From: Eubacteriales Family XIII. Incertae Sedis bacterium
GTDB taxonomy: Bacteria; Bacillota; Clostridia; Peptostreptococcales; Anaerovoracaceae
DNA: 64,000 nucleotides
Direction: 5' to 3'
Assembly (NCBI GenBank): GCA_031261395.1
Contig: JAISJT010000004.1
Location: 8,675-72,674 of the forward strand
In this document: positions 47,335 through 57,300 of the stretch, in pieces
How positions within the stretch are numbered: the stretch's first letter is position 1
Layout of the letters: every line of letters starts with the position of its first letter
Translations under genes and position numbers: made by a program
The notes under the pieces: generated by a model
Told to the model about the DNA's origin: nothing
Seen by the model: only the letters and a program-made list of their open reading frames with translations
Database searches by the model: none

Positions 47335-48411
47335 CTATCCAACGACTTTGCTCCACTGGGCGATCATCACAGCTGTGCAGATCACGCAGAGGAGGAAGGT
47401 GACGCTGACGAAGACGGTGACGACTTTTTTTTCGTGCCAGCCGGAGAGTTCGAAGTGGTGGTGCAGCGGCGCCATTTTGAAGACGCGCTTGCCGTGGCAG
47501 GCTTTGAAGACGCTGACCTGGATGATGTCGGAGAGAACTTCAGCCACGAAGACGAAGCCGGCGATCGGCAGCAGGAGTTCCATGCGCGTGAAGATGGCGC
47601 AGGCCGCGATGCCGCCGCCGATGGCGAGCGAGCCGGTGTCGCCCATAAATATCTTCGCGGGATGGCGGTTGAAAAACAGGAAGCCGATGCAGGCGCCCGC
47701 GAGGGCCGCGAAAAACATCGCGTCGCCGAAGTTTTGCGAGAGATTCGGGATGACGTAGGGTCCGGTTTTCATCAGGCTGAGACCGAAACCGATCATGGCG
47801 AAAATCGGGAAAAAGATCGAGACGACGAAGCTCGTGCAGGAGGCGAGGCCGTCAAGGCCGTCCGTCAGGTTCACGGCGTTGGCCATGGCGACGATGATGA
47901 AGACGATGTAGGCGATCATGAAGGGTCCGATATCGAAGGCCTTCCACGAAAACGGGATGATGATCCAGGTACCCATCTTCGCGGGCAGGACATACCAGAG
48001 CGCGACGGCGAGGCCGGCGACGATCTGCAAGGCGAGTTTGTGGCGCGCGCGCAGACCAAGGTTGCGGCGGCGCGAAATTTTTTGCCAGTCGTCCACGAAA
48101 CCGATAAGGCCAAAGACGGCGAAAGCAAGCAGGATGACCAACAGATTTTGAGAGAAGCCGTAGATCAGCATCGAAACGCCGCTGCCGGCCACGGCGCCGA
48201 TGATGATAGCGATGCCGCCCATCGTCGGGGTGCCGGATTTGGCCTTGTGCTCTTCGGGCGCCAGCTCGTAGGTCGTCTGTGTGCTGTGGGCCTTCTTCAG
48301 CCAGGGGATCAGCGCCGACGTCACGGCGGCCGTGACGAGACAGGCCACCGCAAACGGGATGGCGACCTGAAGGGCGAAATTGGCTTCTATACTTACGCTT
48401 GGCAGCAGCAT
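47335..48411 (-). CDS. mraY: Phospho-MurNAc-pentapeptide transferase
   Basis: KSGTPTMGG, GFVDD, NAVNLTDGLDGLA, FMGDTGSL, MAPLHHHFELSGW. Confidence 0.97.
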   Translation of the reverse strand: MLLPSVSIEANFALQVAIPFAVACLVTAAVTSALIPWLKKAHSTQTTYELAPEEHKAKSGTPTMGGIAIIIGAVAGSGVSMLIYGFSQNLLVILLAFAVFGLIGFVDDWQKISRRRNLGLRARHKLALQIVAGLAVALWYVLPAKMGTWIIIPFSWKAFDIGPFMIAYIVFIIVAMANAVNLTDGLDGLASCTSFVVSIFFPIFAMIGFGLSLMKTGPYVIPNLSQNFGDAMFFAALAGACIGFLFFNRHPAKIFMGDTGSLAIGGGIAACAIFTRMELLLPIAGFVFVAEVLSDIIQVSVFKACHGKRVFKMAPLHHHFELSGWHEKKVVTVFVSVTFLLCVICTAVMIAQWSKVVG

Positions 48412-49899
48412 CTACGCCTCCGTCCCCTGCTCTATCAGGGCATTTGCTACGATTTCCATATGCATCGAATGCGAGCCTTTCACCAAATATGCGTCGCCGG
48501 GGGTTTTGCCGGCCAAAAGAGCGGCGATCATTTCTTCCCGGTCTGGGCAAACACGAATATGGTCCGTGCCTGCGATTTCTCCTGCGCCCGCCGCTATTGC
48601 GCGCGCCTTTTCGCCGAAACACACGAGACTGTCGATCCGCCCGGCCGACAGATCGGCGCCGATCTCGCTCCCGAGGGAACGGTGGAGCGCCTCCGAATCC
48701 GGACCGAGTTCATTCATGTCCGCGAGTACTGCGATCCTGCGCGACGCCTCTGCCGATTTCAAAAAAATCAAGCCGCTCCGGCAGCTGTCCGGACTCGCGT
48801 TGTACGTATCGTCTATGACCAAGATGCCATCTTTTCGGATCGTTTGCAAACGGTGCGGCGTGCGCGCGAGGTTTTTCAGCGCGGCAGCGGCGCCGGCGAG
48901 GTCAATCCCGAGACGCGCTACCGCAGCGCAGGCCAGCGCGGACGTAGCGGCGGCATAGTCTCCCGGCACCGGCACGAGGAAGCGTTCCGCCATCTCGCCG
49001 CTCTCGATCTCAAAAGAGGCAGCCGCGGATTCTGTATCAAACCGTACCGGACCGTAATAATAATCCGCGTCCCCACCCGTGCGGCCTTTCGGCGCTACCT
49101 CGATCAAACGGTAACCCCTCGCCTTGCTGTCCGCACGCGCGCGCTGCGTCAGAGGCCAGTGGTTTTCGCGGTCGATCACGAGCCGGCCGCCCTCGCCCAT
49201 TTGACTGGCAGCCGCCAATTTTTCGAGCATGATACCGTCGTCCGAATCAAAGCATTCGCGGTGCGAGATACCGATATTGGTGATCGCAGCCACATCCGGC
49301 CCGGCGATCTGCGCGAGGCGGCCTATCTCCCCCGGACCGCCCATACCCATTTCGAGCACGAGCGCCTCCGTATCCGCAGACATCCCGAGGATGGTCTTGG
49401 GCAGACCGATTTGATTGTTGAAATTTCCCTGCGTCGCCACCGTATGAAAATCGTCTTTGACTATGCAGGCAATCATATCTTTGAGCGTCGTCTTGCCGAC
49501 GCTGCCGGTCACAGCGATCACATAGGGATCGACTTTGCTTCTATAATATGCGGCAAGATCCTGATAGGCGCGAAGCGTGTCCTCAACAACGATGACCACC
49601 GGCCCCCCGGGCGTCCCAACTGTCATCCCGGGCGTCCCAACTGTCATCCCGGGCTTGACCCGGGACCCATCCGAAACAACAAGAACCGCCGCGCCCTTTG
49701 CCGCCGCCTCCTCAAGATGATCGTGCGCATCATGGTTTTCCCCGATCAGCGCGAAAAATATCTCGCCGCCCGACAGCTCCCTCGTATCCGTAGAAACAGG
49801 GGCCGGCGTCTGCGCCATAGCAGGCGACCCAAACCGCATATCGACGGATCCGCCGATCTTGTCAATGATTTCTTCCGCTGTGAAAAGTCCCGCCATCAC
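48412..49899 (-). CDS. murF: UDP-MurNAc-tripeptide-D-Ala-D-Ala ligase with in-frame palindrome insert
   Basis: STDTR, TGSVGKTT, GNFNNQIGLP, LEMGM, DDTYNASP, DMNELG, VKGS. Confidence 0.95.
   Translation of the reverse strand: MMAGLFTAEEIIDKIGGSVDMRFGSPAMAQTPAPVSTDTRELSGGEIFFALIGENHDAHDHLEEAAAKGAAVLVVSDGSRVKPGMTVGTPGMTVGTPGGPVVIVVEDTLRAYQDLAAYYRSKVDPYVIAVTGSVGKTTLKDMIACIVKDDFHTVATQGNFNNQIGLPKTILGMSADTEALVLEMGMGGPGEIGRLAQIAGPDVAAITNIGISHRECFDSDDGIMLEKLAAASQMGEGGRLVIDRENHWPLTQRARADSKARGYRLIEVAPKGRTGGDADYYYGPVRFDTESAAASFEIESGEMAERFLVPVPGDYAAATSALACAAVARLGIDLAGAAAALKNLARTPHRLQTIRKDGILVIDDTYNASPDSCRSGLIFLKSAEASRRIAVLADMNELGPDSEALHRSLGSEIGADLSAGRIDSLVCFGEKARAIAAGAGEIAGTDHIRVCPDREEMIAALLAGKTPGDAYLVKGSHSMHMEIVANALIEQGTEA
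49606..49669. repeat. TGTCAT palindrome plus 21-bp tandem duplication inside murF
   Basis: (cccgggcgtcccaactgtcat)x2 then cccgggcttgacccgggaccca; encodes GSRVKPGMTVGTPGMTVGTPG. Confidence 0.92.
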
Positions 49900-49900
49900 T

Positions 49901-52045
49901 CTATTCCCAATACAGAAAGACCGTACTGCCCGGCGCCGCGAGCGTACCCGGCTTCGGATACTGATCTTTTACCTTCAAATTCATATTGACGGACGGCAAT
50001 TTTTGAGCGGGCGCCGTCGTCTGTTTGCCTTCTTCAAGGCCGTCCTCTACCGGGCCGTCCTCATCGGCCGGTTCCGGCGACGTCAGGTTTGATCTGAGTC
50101 CAAGCAGCGCAAGCGACGCATCCGCATCCGCGAGCGTCCAGTCCGTATAGTCGGCCACAGGGATTTTCTCAGAATTCATCTTCGCGATTTCTTCCTCTGT
50201 ATAATTCGGTTTGACATTCAGATATTGCAGCAGCTCGGTGGCGATCTCGTTGACGACGGGACCCGCTGTACCGATGCCGTAGTAGCCTACCCTCGGCGTA
50301 TCACAAAGCACCAGCGCAACGAATTTCGGATCGTCGATCGGCGCCACGATGACCATCGAGCCGATGGCGGCGCTTTCGGAATATTCGCCGTTTACGAGCT
50401 TCTGCGTCGTACCGGTTTTGATGCCGATGCGGTAGCCGCTGATCTTCGCAGCCGGTGAATTTTTCGCCTGCACTTCGGAGACGTGCTCCATGATCTCACG
50501 AACTTCGCGCGACGTATTTTCCGAAATCACCATGCGCTCGATCTTGTTCGGTATTTCTTCGACGATATTGCCTTCGCTGTCCGCATATGCCTTCACCACA
50601 TGCGGCTTCATCAGCTTGCCGTCGTTGGCGATCGCCCCGATGGCGGTGGCCATCTGAACCGGCGTCACGGAAAGGCCCTGCCCGAATGACATGGTCGCGA
50701 GGCCGACTGGTCCGGCCGTATCCGCATCCTGCACGAGCGGATTTTCCTCACCCGGCAGGTCGATCCCGGTCTTTTCCGTGATCCCGAAAAGCTGCAGATA
50801 ATTATAGAAACGCGGATATGTGAGCGCCTGCGTGATCTGCATCATGACCGGATTGCAGGAATTTGCCGTCCCGTCCCTGACGGTTTGCATGCCGTGCGCC
50901 CCCGGATATACCCAGCAGCGAATATTTCTGTCGGCAACGACGAAAGAACCGGCGCAGTTGAAGGTCGTCTCGGGCGTGATGACTCCGTCTTCGAGACCGG
51001 ACGAGACCGTGATCGTCTTGAACGGCGAGCCGGGGTCATAGACGTCGGAAATCACAGGATTGCGCCACATCTTGCTGAGATAGGCCGTCTGTTCCTCCGG
51101 AGGCATCACGCCAAAAATCGCGCGTTCCTCCTGCGTGATCGGCCTGCCCGGATCATTGGGGTCGTAGGGATCCGTATCGGCCATCGCAAGCACTTCGCCG
51201 GTCTTGGGATCGAGCACAATGGCCATCATGCGATCGGCTTCCGTCCGCTCGAGCCCCTTCTTCAGCGCCTCCTCGGCATAATACTGCATCGCCTCATCAA
51301 TGGTGAGTACAACACTGTAACCGTCCGTACTTGCATAATCCGCCCGCTCTCCCCCGGTGATGGCGCCGCCGACCCCGTCGGTACGCACTATTTTTCGCCC
51401 CGCGACGCCGGAAAGATATTGGTTGTATTCCATCTCAACGCCGGCCTGCCCGACGCCGTCATAATTGACGCTGCCGATCACCTTGGACGCAAGCGTACCG
51501 AGCGGATATTTGCGCGTCGTACGCTGTTCGAACTCGATGATATTGATATCTTTTTCGTTGATCTGTTCGCGAATCTGTTCCATCTGCGCCTTTGACATAT
51601 CGCTCGCGACGCGTACAAGGGTTTGATCGACATCCAGCTCGGCGAGCAGCTCTGCTATACTCTTGCCAAGCGCGGGTGCAAGAGCCGCAGCCGCCAGATC
51701 TTTCTGTTCCGCGAGTTTTGCGCCAAACTCCTCATCGTTGCTGTCGACGGGTTTCAGCCGAACCCACACGCGGTAACTGATTGTACTGACTGCAAGTTCA
51801 TTCATGTTGCGGTCAAAGATGGCGCCGCGTCCCGGCATGGTCCGAGTGTCCTTGATTTGATATTCCGCCGCCTTGCTCGCGTATTGCTCCGCCGCGACGA
51901 TTTGGATCCAGCCAATACGAAAGGTCAGCGCAACAAAAAGCACCAAAACAATGACAAAGACGCCCACCATCCGGCTGCGGATACCTGCGGCGCCTGCATT
52001 GGGATTATTATTCCGGGATCTCTGTCGTTGCCGCGTTTTCGCCAT
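49901..52045 (-). CDS. Class B penicillin-binding protein (FtsI/SpoVD-like) with C-terminal PASTA
   Basis: RGAIFDRN, RKYP, GVE, PGSPFK (SxxK), SCN, KTGT. Confidence 0.93.
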   Translation of the reverse strand: MAKTRQRQRSRNNNPNAGAAGIRSRMVGVFVIVLVLFVALTFRIGWIQIVAAEQYASKAAEYQIKDTRTMPGRGAIFDRNMNELAVSTISYRVWVRLKPVDSNDEEFGAKLAEQKDLAAAALAPALGKSIAELLAELDVDQTLVRVASDMSKAQMEQIREQINEKDINIIEFEQRTTRKYPLGTLASKVIGSVNYDGVGQAGVEMEYNQYLSGVAGRKIVRTDGVGGAITGGERADYASTDGYSVVLTIDEAMQYYAEEALKKGLERTEADRMMAIVLDPKTGEVLAMADTDPYDPNDPGRPITQEERAIFGVMPPEEQTAYLSKMWRNPVISDVYDPGSPFKTITVSSGLEDGVITPETTFNCAGSFVVADRNIRCWVYPGAHGMQTVRDGTANSCNPVMMQITQALTYPRFYNYLQLFGITEKTGIDLPGEENPLVQDADTAGPVGLATMSFGQGLSVTPVQMATAIGAIANDGKLMKPHVVKAYADSEGNIVEEIPNKIERMVISENTSREVREIMEHVSEVQAKNSPAAKISGYRIGIKTGTTQKLVNGEYSESAAIGSMVIVAPIDDPKFVALVLCDTPRVGYYGIGTAGPVVNEIATELLQYLNVKPNYTEEEIAKMNSEKIPVADYTDWTLADADASLALLGLRSNLTSPEPADEDGPVEDGLEEGKQTTAPAQKLPSVNMNLKVKDQYPKPGTLAAPGSTVFLYWE

Positions 52046-52559
52046 ATGCCTTCTCTTTGAGATAGGTCGCAAAATCCATCCCCGGTGAGGGCAGATCGGC
52101 TACATAGATATACTGGTCAAACCCGGGGTCTTTCATGCCAAGGTCCGACTCGGCCTTTTCCCTGATCATTTCGATATTTTGCGACTGTTTGATGTCGATC
52201 TTGACCTGTGTAATGTCATCCTCGGTCTGTGCGATATTTTGTTTCAGGTCATTGATTTCCTTTTGCGTGACCGCTGCCTGAGCAGCCATCATGATGACAG
52301 CCATCGCGATCGCGGAGACAATGATGATCAGGAGAGCAATCACCCGTATCTCCGCGCCGCTAAAAATACGAGCCTCTGGCTCTGGGTGGCACTCGGCTTC
52401 TATGCGGGAGGGAAGCGGCCTCAGGGCTTCGATGCGCGGCGCCGGTTCAAACGCCGGTTGCCGCGACCGATCCGGTCTGACCTGGCGGGCGTAACCGGAA
52501 CGGTTGCCCGAAGCAGTCCTATTCGTCCGTCTGTCTCTTTCGGCAGTAGCACGCGCCAT
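52008..52559 (-). CDS. FtsL-like cell division protein
   Basis: Basic N-terminus, single TM, coiled coil, IREKAESDLGM; position between rsmH and PBP. Confidence 0.75.
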   Translation of the reverse strand: MARATAERDRRTNRTASGNRSGYARQVRPDRSRQPAFEPAPRIEALRPLPSRIEAECHPEPEARIFSGAEIRVIALLIIIVSAIAMAVIMMAAQAAVTQKEINDLKQNIAQTEDDITQVKIDIKQSQNIEMIREKAESDLGMKDPGFDQYIYVADLPSPGMDFATYLKEKAYGENAATTEIPE

Positions 52560-52600
52560 TTTGTATTTCGCCCCCTTTCGTTGGTCTTTTGTTACTCTGT

Positions 52601-53545
52601 TTACAATTTTTCGAGGATACGAAGTTTGGCGCTTCTTGACCTCGGGTTTCTGCTGATTTCTTCTTCCGTCGGCAATATCGGTTTTCGATTCACGCGTCTG
52701 CCGTCCGCCACCTTGCCGCATACGCAGACCGGAAGTCCCTTTGGACATTCGCAAGGATCCTCCCTTTTGAGGAAAAACTCCTTCACGATGCGGTCTTCAA
52801 GCGAGTGAAAGGTGATGACCGCCAGCCTGCCCTTTGGCTTCAGAACTTCGGCAAATGCCGCAAGTCCCCGCTCGAGCGATCCAAGTTCATCGTTGACCTC
52901 GATGCGGATCGCCTGAAAGGTTCGCTTTGCCGGGTGCGGCCCATCGCGTCTGGCCGCCGCCGGGATCGCGTTTTTGATCACCCCGGTCAGCCGGGCGGTC
53001 GTCAGGATCGGCGCGATCTTCCTTTCCTTCACGATGAACGCTGCGATACGCTTCGCCCATCTCTCTTCACCGTAGTCCCGGATAATGCCGTACAGATCCT
53101 GTTCGCTGTATCCGTTCACTACATCAGCTGCTGTTAATTCCCCGTCTCGCTCCCCGCCGTTCATGCGCATGGAGAGCGGACCATCTTGCATATACGAAAA
53201 CCCGCGCGCCGGGTCATCCAACTGTTTTGACGAAACGCCCAAATCGAGGATCGCCCCGTCGAGCCCGTCTATTCCGTTTGCGGAAAGCGCCTGTGCGATC
53301 TCCGTGAAATTGCCCTGAAAAAATATCTTTCGCGGGAGGCCGCTCTCTATCCGCTTTGCTGCGGCCGATAGAGCCTCACCATCCTTGTCCATGCCGATCA
53401 GCGTACCCTTCGCGCCGATCTTTTCCGCTATCGCCAGCGCATGACCGCCGCCGCCGATCGTTCCGTCACAGATGACGGCGCCCTCCCGGAGGGCCAGCCC
53501 ATCCACCGCTTCATTCAGAAGTACGGAGGTATGGTCATAGTTCAT
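52601..53545 (-). CDS. rsmH: 16S rRNA C1402 methyltransferase RsmH
   Basis: HTSVLL, DGTIGGGGHA, DLGVSSKQLD, RGFSY, RTFQAIRIEVN, FHSLEDRIVK, NPRSRSAKLR. Confidence 0.97.
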   Translation of the reverse strand: MNYDHTSVLLNEAVDGLALREGAVICDGTIGGGGHALAIAEKIGAKGTLIGMDKDGEALSAAAKRIESGLPRKIFFQGNFTEIAQALSANGIDGLDGAILDLGVSSKQLDDPARGFSYMQDGPLSMRMNGGERDGELTAADVVNGYSEQDLYGIIRDYGEERWAKRIAAFIVKERKIAPILTTARLTGVIKNAIPAAARRDGPHPAKRTFQAIRIEVNDELGSLERGLAAFAEVLKPKGRLAVITFHSLEDRIVKEFFLKREDPCECPKGLPVCVCGKVADGRRVNRKPILPTEEEISRNPRSRSAKLRILEKL

Positions 53546-53972
53546 TATGATTCGCGACTTCGAGGATCAGGGCGCTGAGGTTTAGCGTCTTCGGATCCAT
53601 CTCTACGTCATACGCCTTCTTGTCCCAAAGTTCGATACGATCGCCCACTCCGACAAATACGATGTCCTTCTCAATACCGGCATATGCGAGATAGTCCGGC
53701 GGTATATTGATCCGGCCGTGTCCGTCGATTTCGACTTCTCTGGAATTGCCGAGGATTTGCCGCTGCAGTTTGCGGCCGGCGCCATCCTTGAGGCTGAGAG
53801 GTGTGATGTATTCCGCGAGAAAGTCATTCCACTTGTCCTGCGCCATGACATAAATGCAGGCGTCAAGACCGATCGCCAGCCAAACGCGCTCCTCAAGCCC
53901 GTACCGGAGTTTCGTCGGTACGAAGGCGCGACCCTTGCTGTCAACCGTATTGAAATAACTTCCTGTCAGCAT
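53535..53972 (-). CDS. mraZ: Transcriptional regulator MraZ
   Basis: DSKGR and DGHGRI repeats, VGVGDRIELW; first gene of dcw cluster. Confidence 0.95.
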   Translation of the reverse strand: MLTGSYFNTVDSKGRAFVPTKLRYGLEERVWLAIGLDACIYVMAQDKWNDFLAEYITPLSLKDGAGRKLQRQILGNSREVEIDGHGRINIPPDYLAYAGIEKDIVFVGVGDRIELWDKKAYDVEMDPKTLNLSALILEVANHNEL

Positions 53973-54149
53973 CCTGCCTTACTTCCCCGTTTTTCAAAGA
54001 GATTCAACTCACGAACCATACCACCCAATAAACATAATCCTACTTTATCCCATTTTAAATACGAAAATCAAGGATTTTTTGCACTAAAGTAACACCACAG
54101 TCCCCCAAATTTGTGAATTTCCCGTTGCAGGATTGTGTTTTTTAGGTTA

Positions 54150-54196
54150 CGTCAATATATTGTGTTGAACAGGGGTTCGGACACCATATATTGGTG
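54150..54196. promoter_or_regulatory. Tandem NrdR-box-like motifs, 31 bp apart
   Basis: cgtCAATATATTGtgt (54150-54165) and acaCCATATATTGgtg (54181-54196) versus consensus acaCwAtATaTwGtgt. Confidence 0.6.
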
Positions 54197-54264
54197 CATG
54201 CCAGCCGCCGGTTGCTTGCACAATCGCGCGGGGATGACAACGAACGGAAAAATACAAAAAGTGC

Positions 54265-54292
54265 TTGCATTTTCGACGTTCGACGGTATAAT
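54265..54292 (+). promoter_or_regulatory. Sigma-A-like promoter for the CAP-domain surface protein
   Basis: TTGCAT, 16-nt spacer, TATAAT. Confidence 0.55.
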
Positions 54293-54372
54293 TGGGGCAT
54301 ATGGGAGTTAAAATTAGATTAAAATAATATAGTTATAGTTGCAGCATTGCATTACTGCGGGGAGATACAAAA

Positions 54373-57300
54373 ATGAAGTCCTATCATGTTCCGTGCATAT
54401 CGCGTGCACTAAGACTTGTGATTCTCGTACTACTGTTGGCGCCGTTGATTTCCGTGACATTTCTCGGCAGCTTCGCGTATGCGGCCTCGAATGAAAAGGT
54501 CTCTGTTACTCTAAATGAAAGAGTTGATTGGGATGCGGCGCGGAATGCATTTGACCTTGTAAATCAGGAACGCATATCTAAGGGTAAGGCGGCGCTTGTC
54601 CTTGATAGCGATCTCATGAAAGCGGCGAGGACAAGGGCCGAAGAAATTGCTATCAAGTTTGGGCACACCAGACCTGACGGCACAAACTGGAATACCGCTC
54701 CGAACGTTCACACAGAGACAAAGATTGCGGAAAATATCGCAGCCGGGCAAATATCACCTGCCGAAGTTGTGAATGGCAGCAACGGCTGGATAAATTCCGC
54801 CACACACTATGCCGCACTTATCTCTTCTGATTACAAGAGCACGGGGCTTGCCTGTGTGAACATCGGCGGCACAAACTTCTGGGTGCAGCTGTTCAGTTCT
54901 AAAGAGGCGAAGCCTTTGGGCTCCGGGGAAAGTACTGGAACCGATACCGGGAGCGTGAATGTGAACACTTTGGTAGACAACTTGGATGTCGCTATTGTAT
55001 TTCAGCCAAAAGTTGCAAATACGGAGACTACCGCAAAATACTCCATAGTTCATCGCAACCACGAATTTGATATACCGCTAAAATATGCGCAATTCACAGG
55101 GTCGATCAGTCCCGCCGGACCGTCAGTCAACGATGCAAACGGCGAGATAGCTACAGGCACTGTCGTCGGTACATACGAGTTGTCGCTTGCCCTAAATGGT
55201 AGTTCGTATACAAAATCCGCAGATCTCAAAATCAAACTTCCGGCAGATTTCACGCCGCCACCGGTTCATACGGTCACCTATGAATTTGTCGATAGCGATG
55301 GGAACACCCTCTTTGACTCAGATGGAAATCGAGGAAACCTTACGACGGACGATTTCGATAAACTGCCTCCCCCAGCCACATTTGATACCGGCAGCAAGAT
55401 TTATGCGATGCCCGACGCCAAGAAGAAGCAGTACACATTCTCCGGGTGGTCAACAGGTGGGGCCTTCCCTGAAATAGACGAGGCGATATTTAACGGCGAG
55501 CCCTTTAAACTGCCTGACGCGGATATCGTCCTGAAAGGTTCTTTTGAAACGAGCGTATATCATGTCAACTATAATGATTATGACTTTGCAAATGGTAAAA
55601 CAGTTTTGTTGAAATCTATCGAGGTGAACTATGACTCGGTTGTTGGCTCACCGATATTGGAGCCTACCGGCTTTGTGCGAACAGATATGAGTGCGCCGGA
55701 GGTGCAAATTGATGGCACATTCATTACTCCAGTTCCTGACGATAGAGGATATTATGTTTATGAGGATAGACCATACCAAGAAATCGGTGGGACAACATAC
55801 ATACTTGGAGGCGTAAGTGATGCCCTGTCTTCATGGCAAGCAACGGCGGAGACAATAAATAATGCAGAATTTCTTGGAATTGATAAATTTCCGGGTACTG
55901 ACATCCAAACAGCTGATGCGGATCGATATACACACTTCACAGGTGATGTGAACCTATATCTCAAGAGGGTAAATCTCGATATCGACCGGGAAGAAGTATC
56001 GTCTCTGGAAGATGATATGATTAAAGTATACTATTACGCCTCTCTTTCGGATTTGATTGTAGACGGTTCCGGCGGTTTTAGTGTCAATAACCCGATCGCC
56101 GTTAGGCTTGTACCAAGGGATAAACTTGTTGATACTCCGATACTACCCGAATCCGGAAATGTCTCCATTGAGGATTATTTTAAGAACGATGCAAAATATG
56201 ATTTAGACTCAGAGAAGAATTCCACATACAAAGCGAATGTAAATTGGAGTTTCTTTGATTTTAGTACTGTGAAACCGTACACTTCTGATATGTATCAGGC
56301 TCCAATGACTTGGAATTTAGACACTTATAATGACAATTATGGCTATAAGAAACACCTGTTTGACAAGGGAGCGTTTGTAGAGGAAGATTTGCATGTAGAT
56401 GAAGTTACGACTTTCCCGAAGTTTTTTAACCTGGTAGAACAATTTTCAAGAAAATATATTGAAGCAAATTACTCGAAATATTATGACGGCGATGACAACC
56501 GGATAGAGGATCCCGGTATGCCCGGAAACTATTTGGTTGACAATGATCAAATGTACCTTGACGCAGATAGATTTATTAAGGATATTGGTCTTGCGAATGG
56601 TTCCCCCTACGCCGGGTATACATCAATCAATATCTTTATCAGCGGGTTTTCAGCGAAACTCGCTTTTGATGCGAACTTACCTGCTGATGTGGCGAACGAT
56701 TTCGCCGGCGACAATGATGCGTTACAAACCGCAATAGGCAAAATGGGACTCCCTGATTTAGTTCCCCTCAATATTGACGAAGAAAACTTTTATGCAGGAG
56801 GCAACGAAAAAGTAAACGTTACCATACCGAAGGATGTACCTTCCTTGGGCAGCGCTTACTCGCAGATATACGCTTTCAAGGGATGGACGCTTGATGAGGA
56901 AGGAAACGGTACACTATACCAGCCCGGAGAAAATATTTTAGTTGATGCAAACTATCAAACCCTCAAATATGGTGCAAATTATGCATATGGTTTGCCGCTC
57001 TATGCGAAATGGGAAAAACGCACATATACTGCGTCTTACTATTTCCAGGCCAGTGACAGCACACCCTTTGCCACCAAGGACTTAGAGTGGGAGGATGAGG
57101 CATTTCCGGATGTACCTGCAAATGAGTTGGTTGCCGCTTTGTTCACCTTGCTCGGAGTAGATATATCAGAGTATGACGTCACCGCCAGCGCCGCGGGCTT
57201 GCTGCAGGTGGCGCTCGGTACCGATGACGAAGGTGATGATATCACGCTTTATCTGTCGGATTATAGTACAAATCCAAATTTATCCGCAAATCCATCTACG

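Noticed and set aside
47257-49989. 910-aa plus-strand ORF
   Set aside because: Antisense shadow of mraY and murF in GC-rich DNA; no recognisable motifs
54020-54053. MraZ-binding GTGGG repeats
   Set aside because: Only degenerate matches (ATGGG, GTAGG, GTGGT) with imperfect spacing; plausible but not supportable
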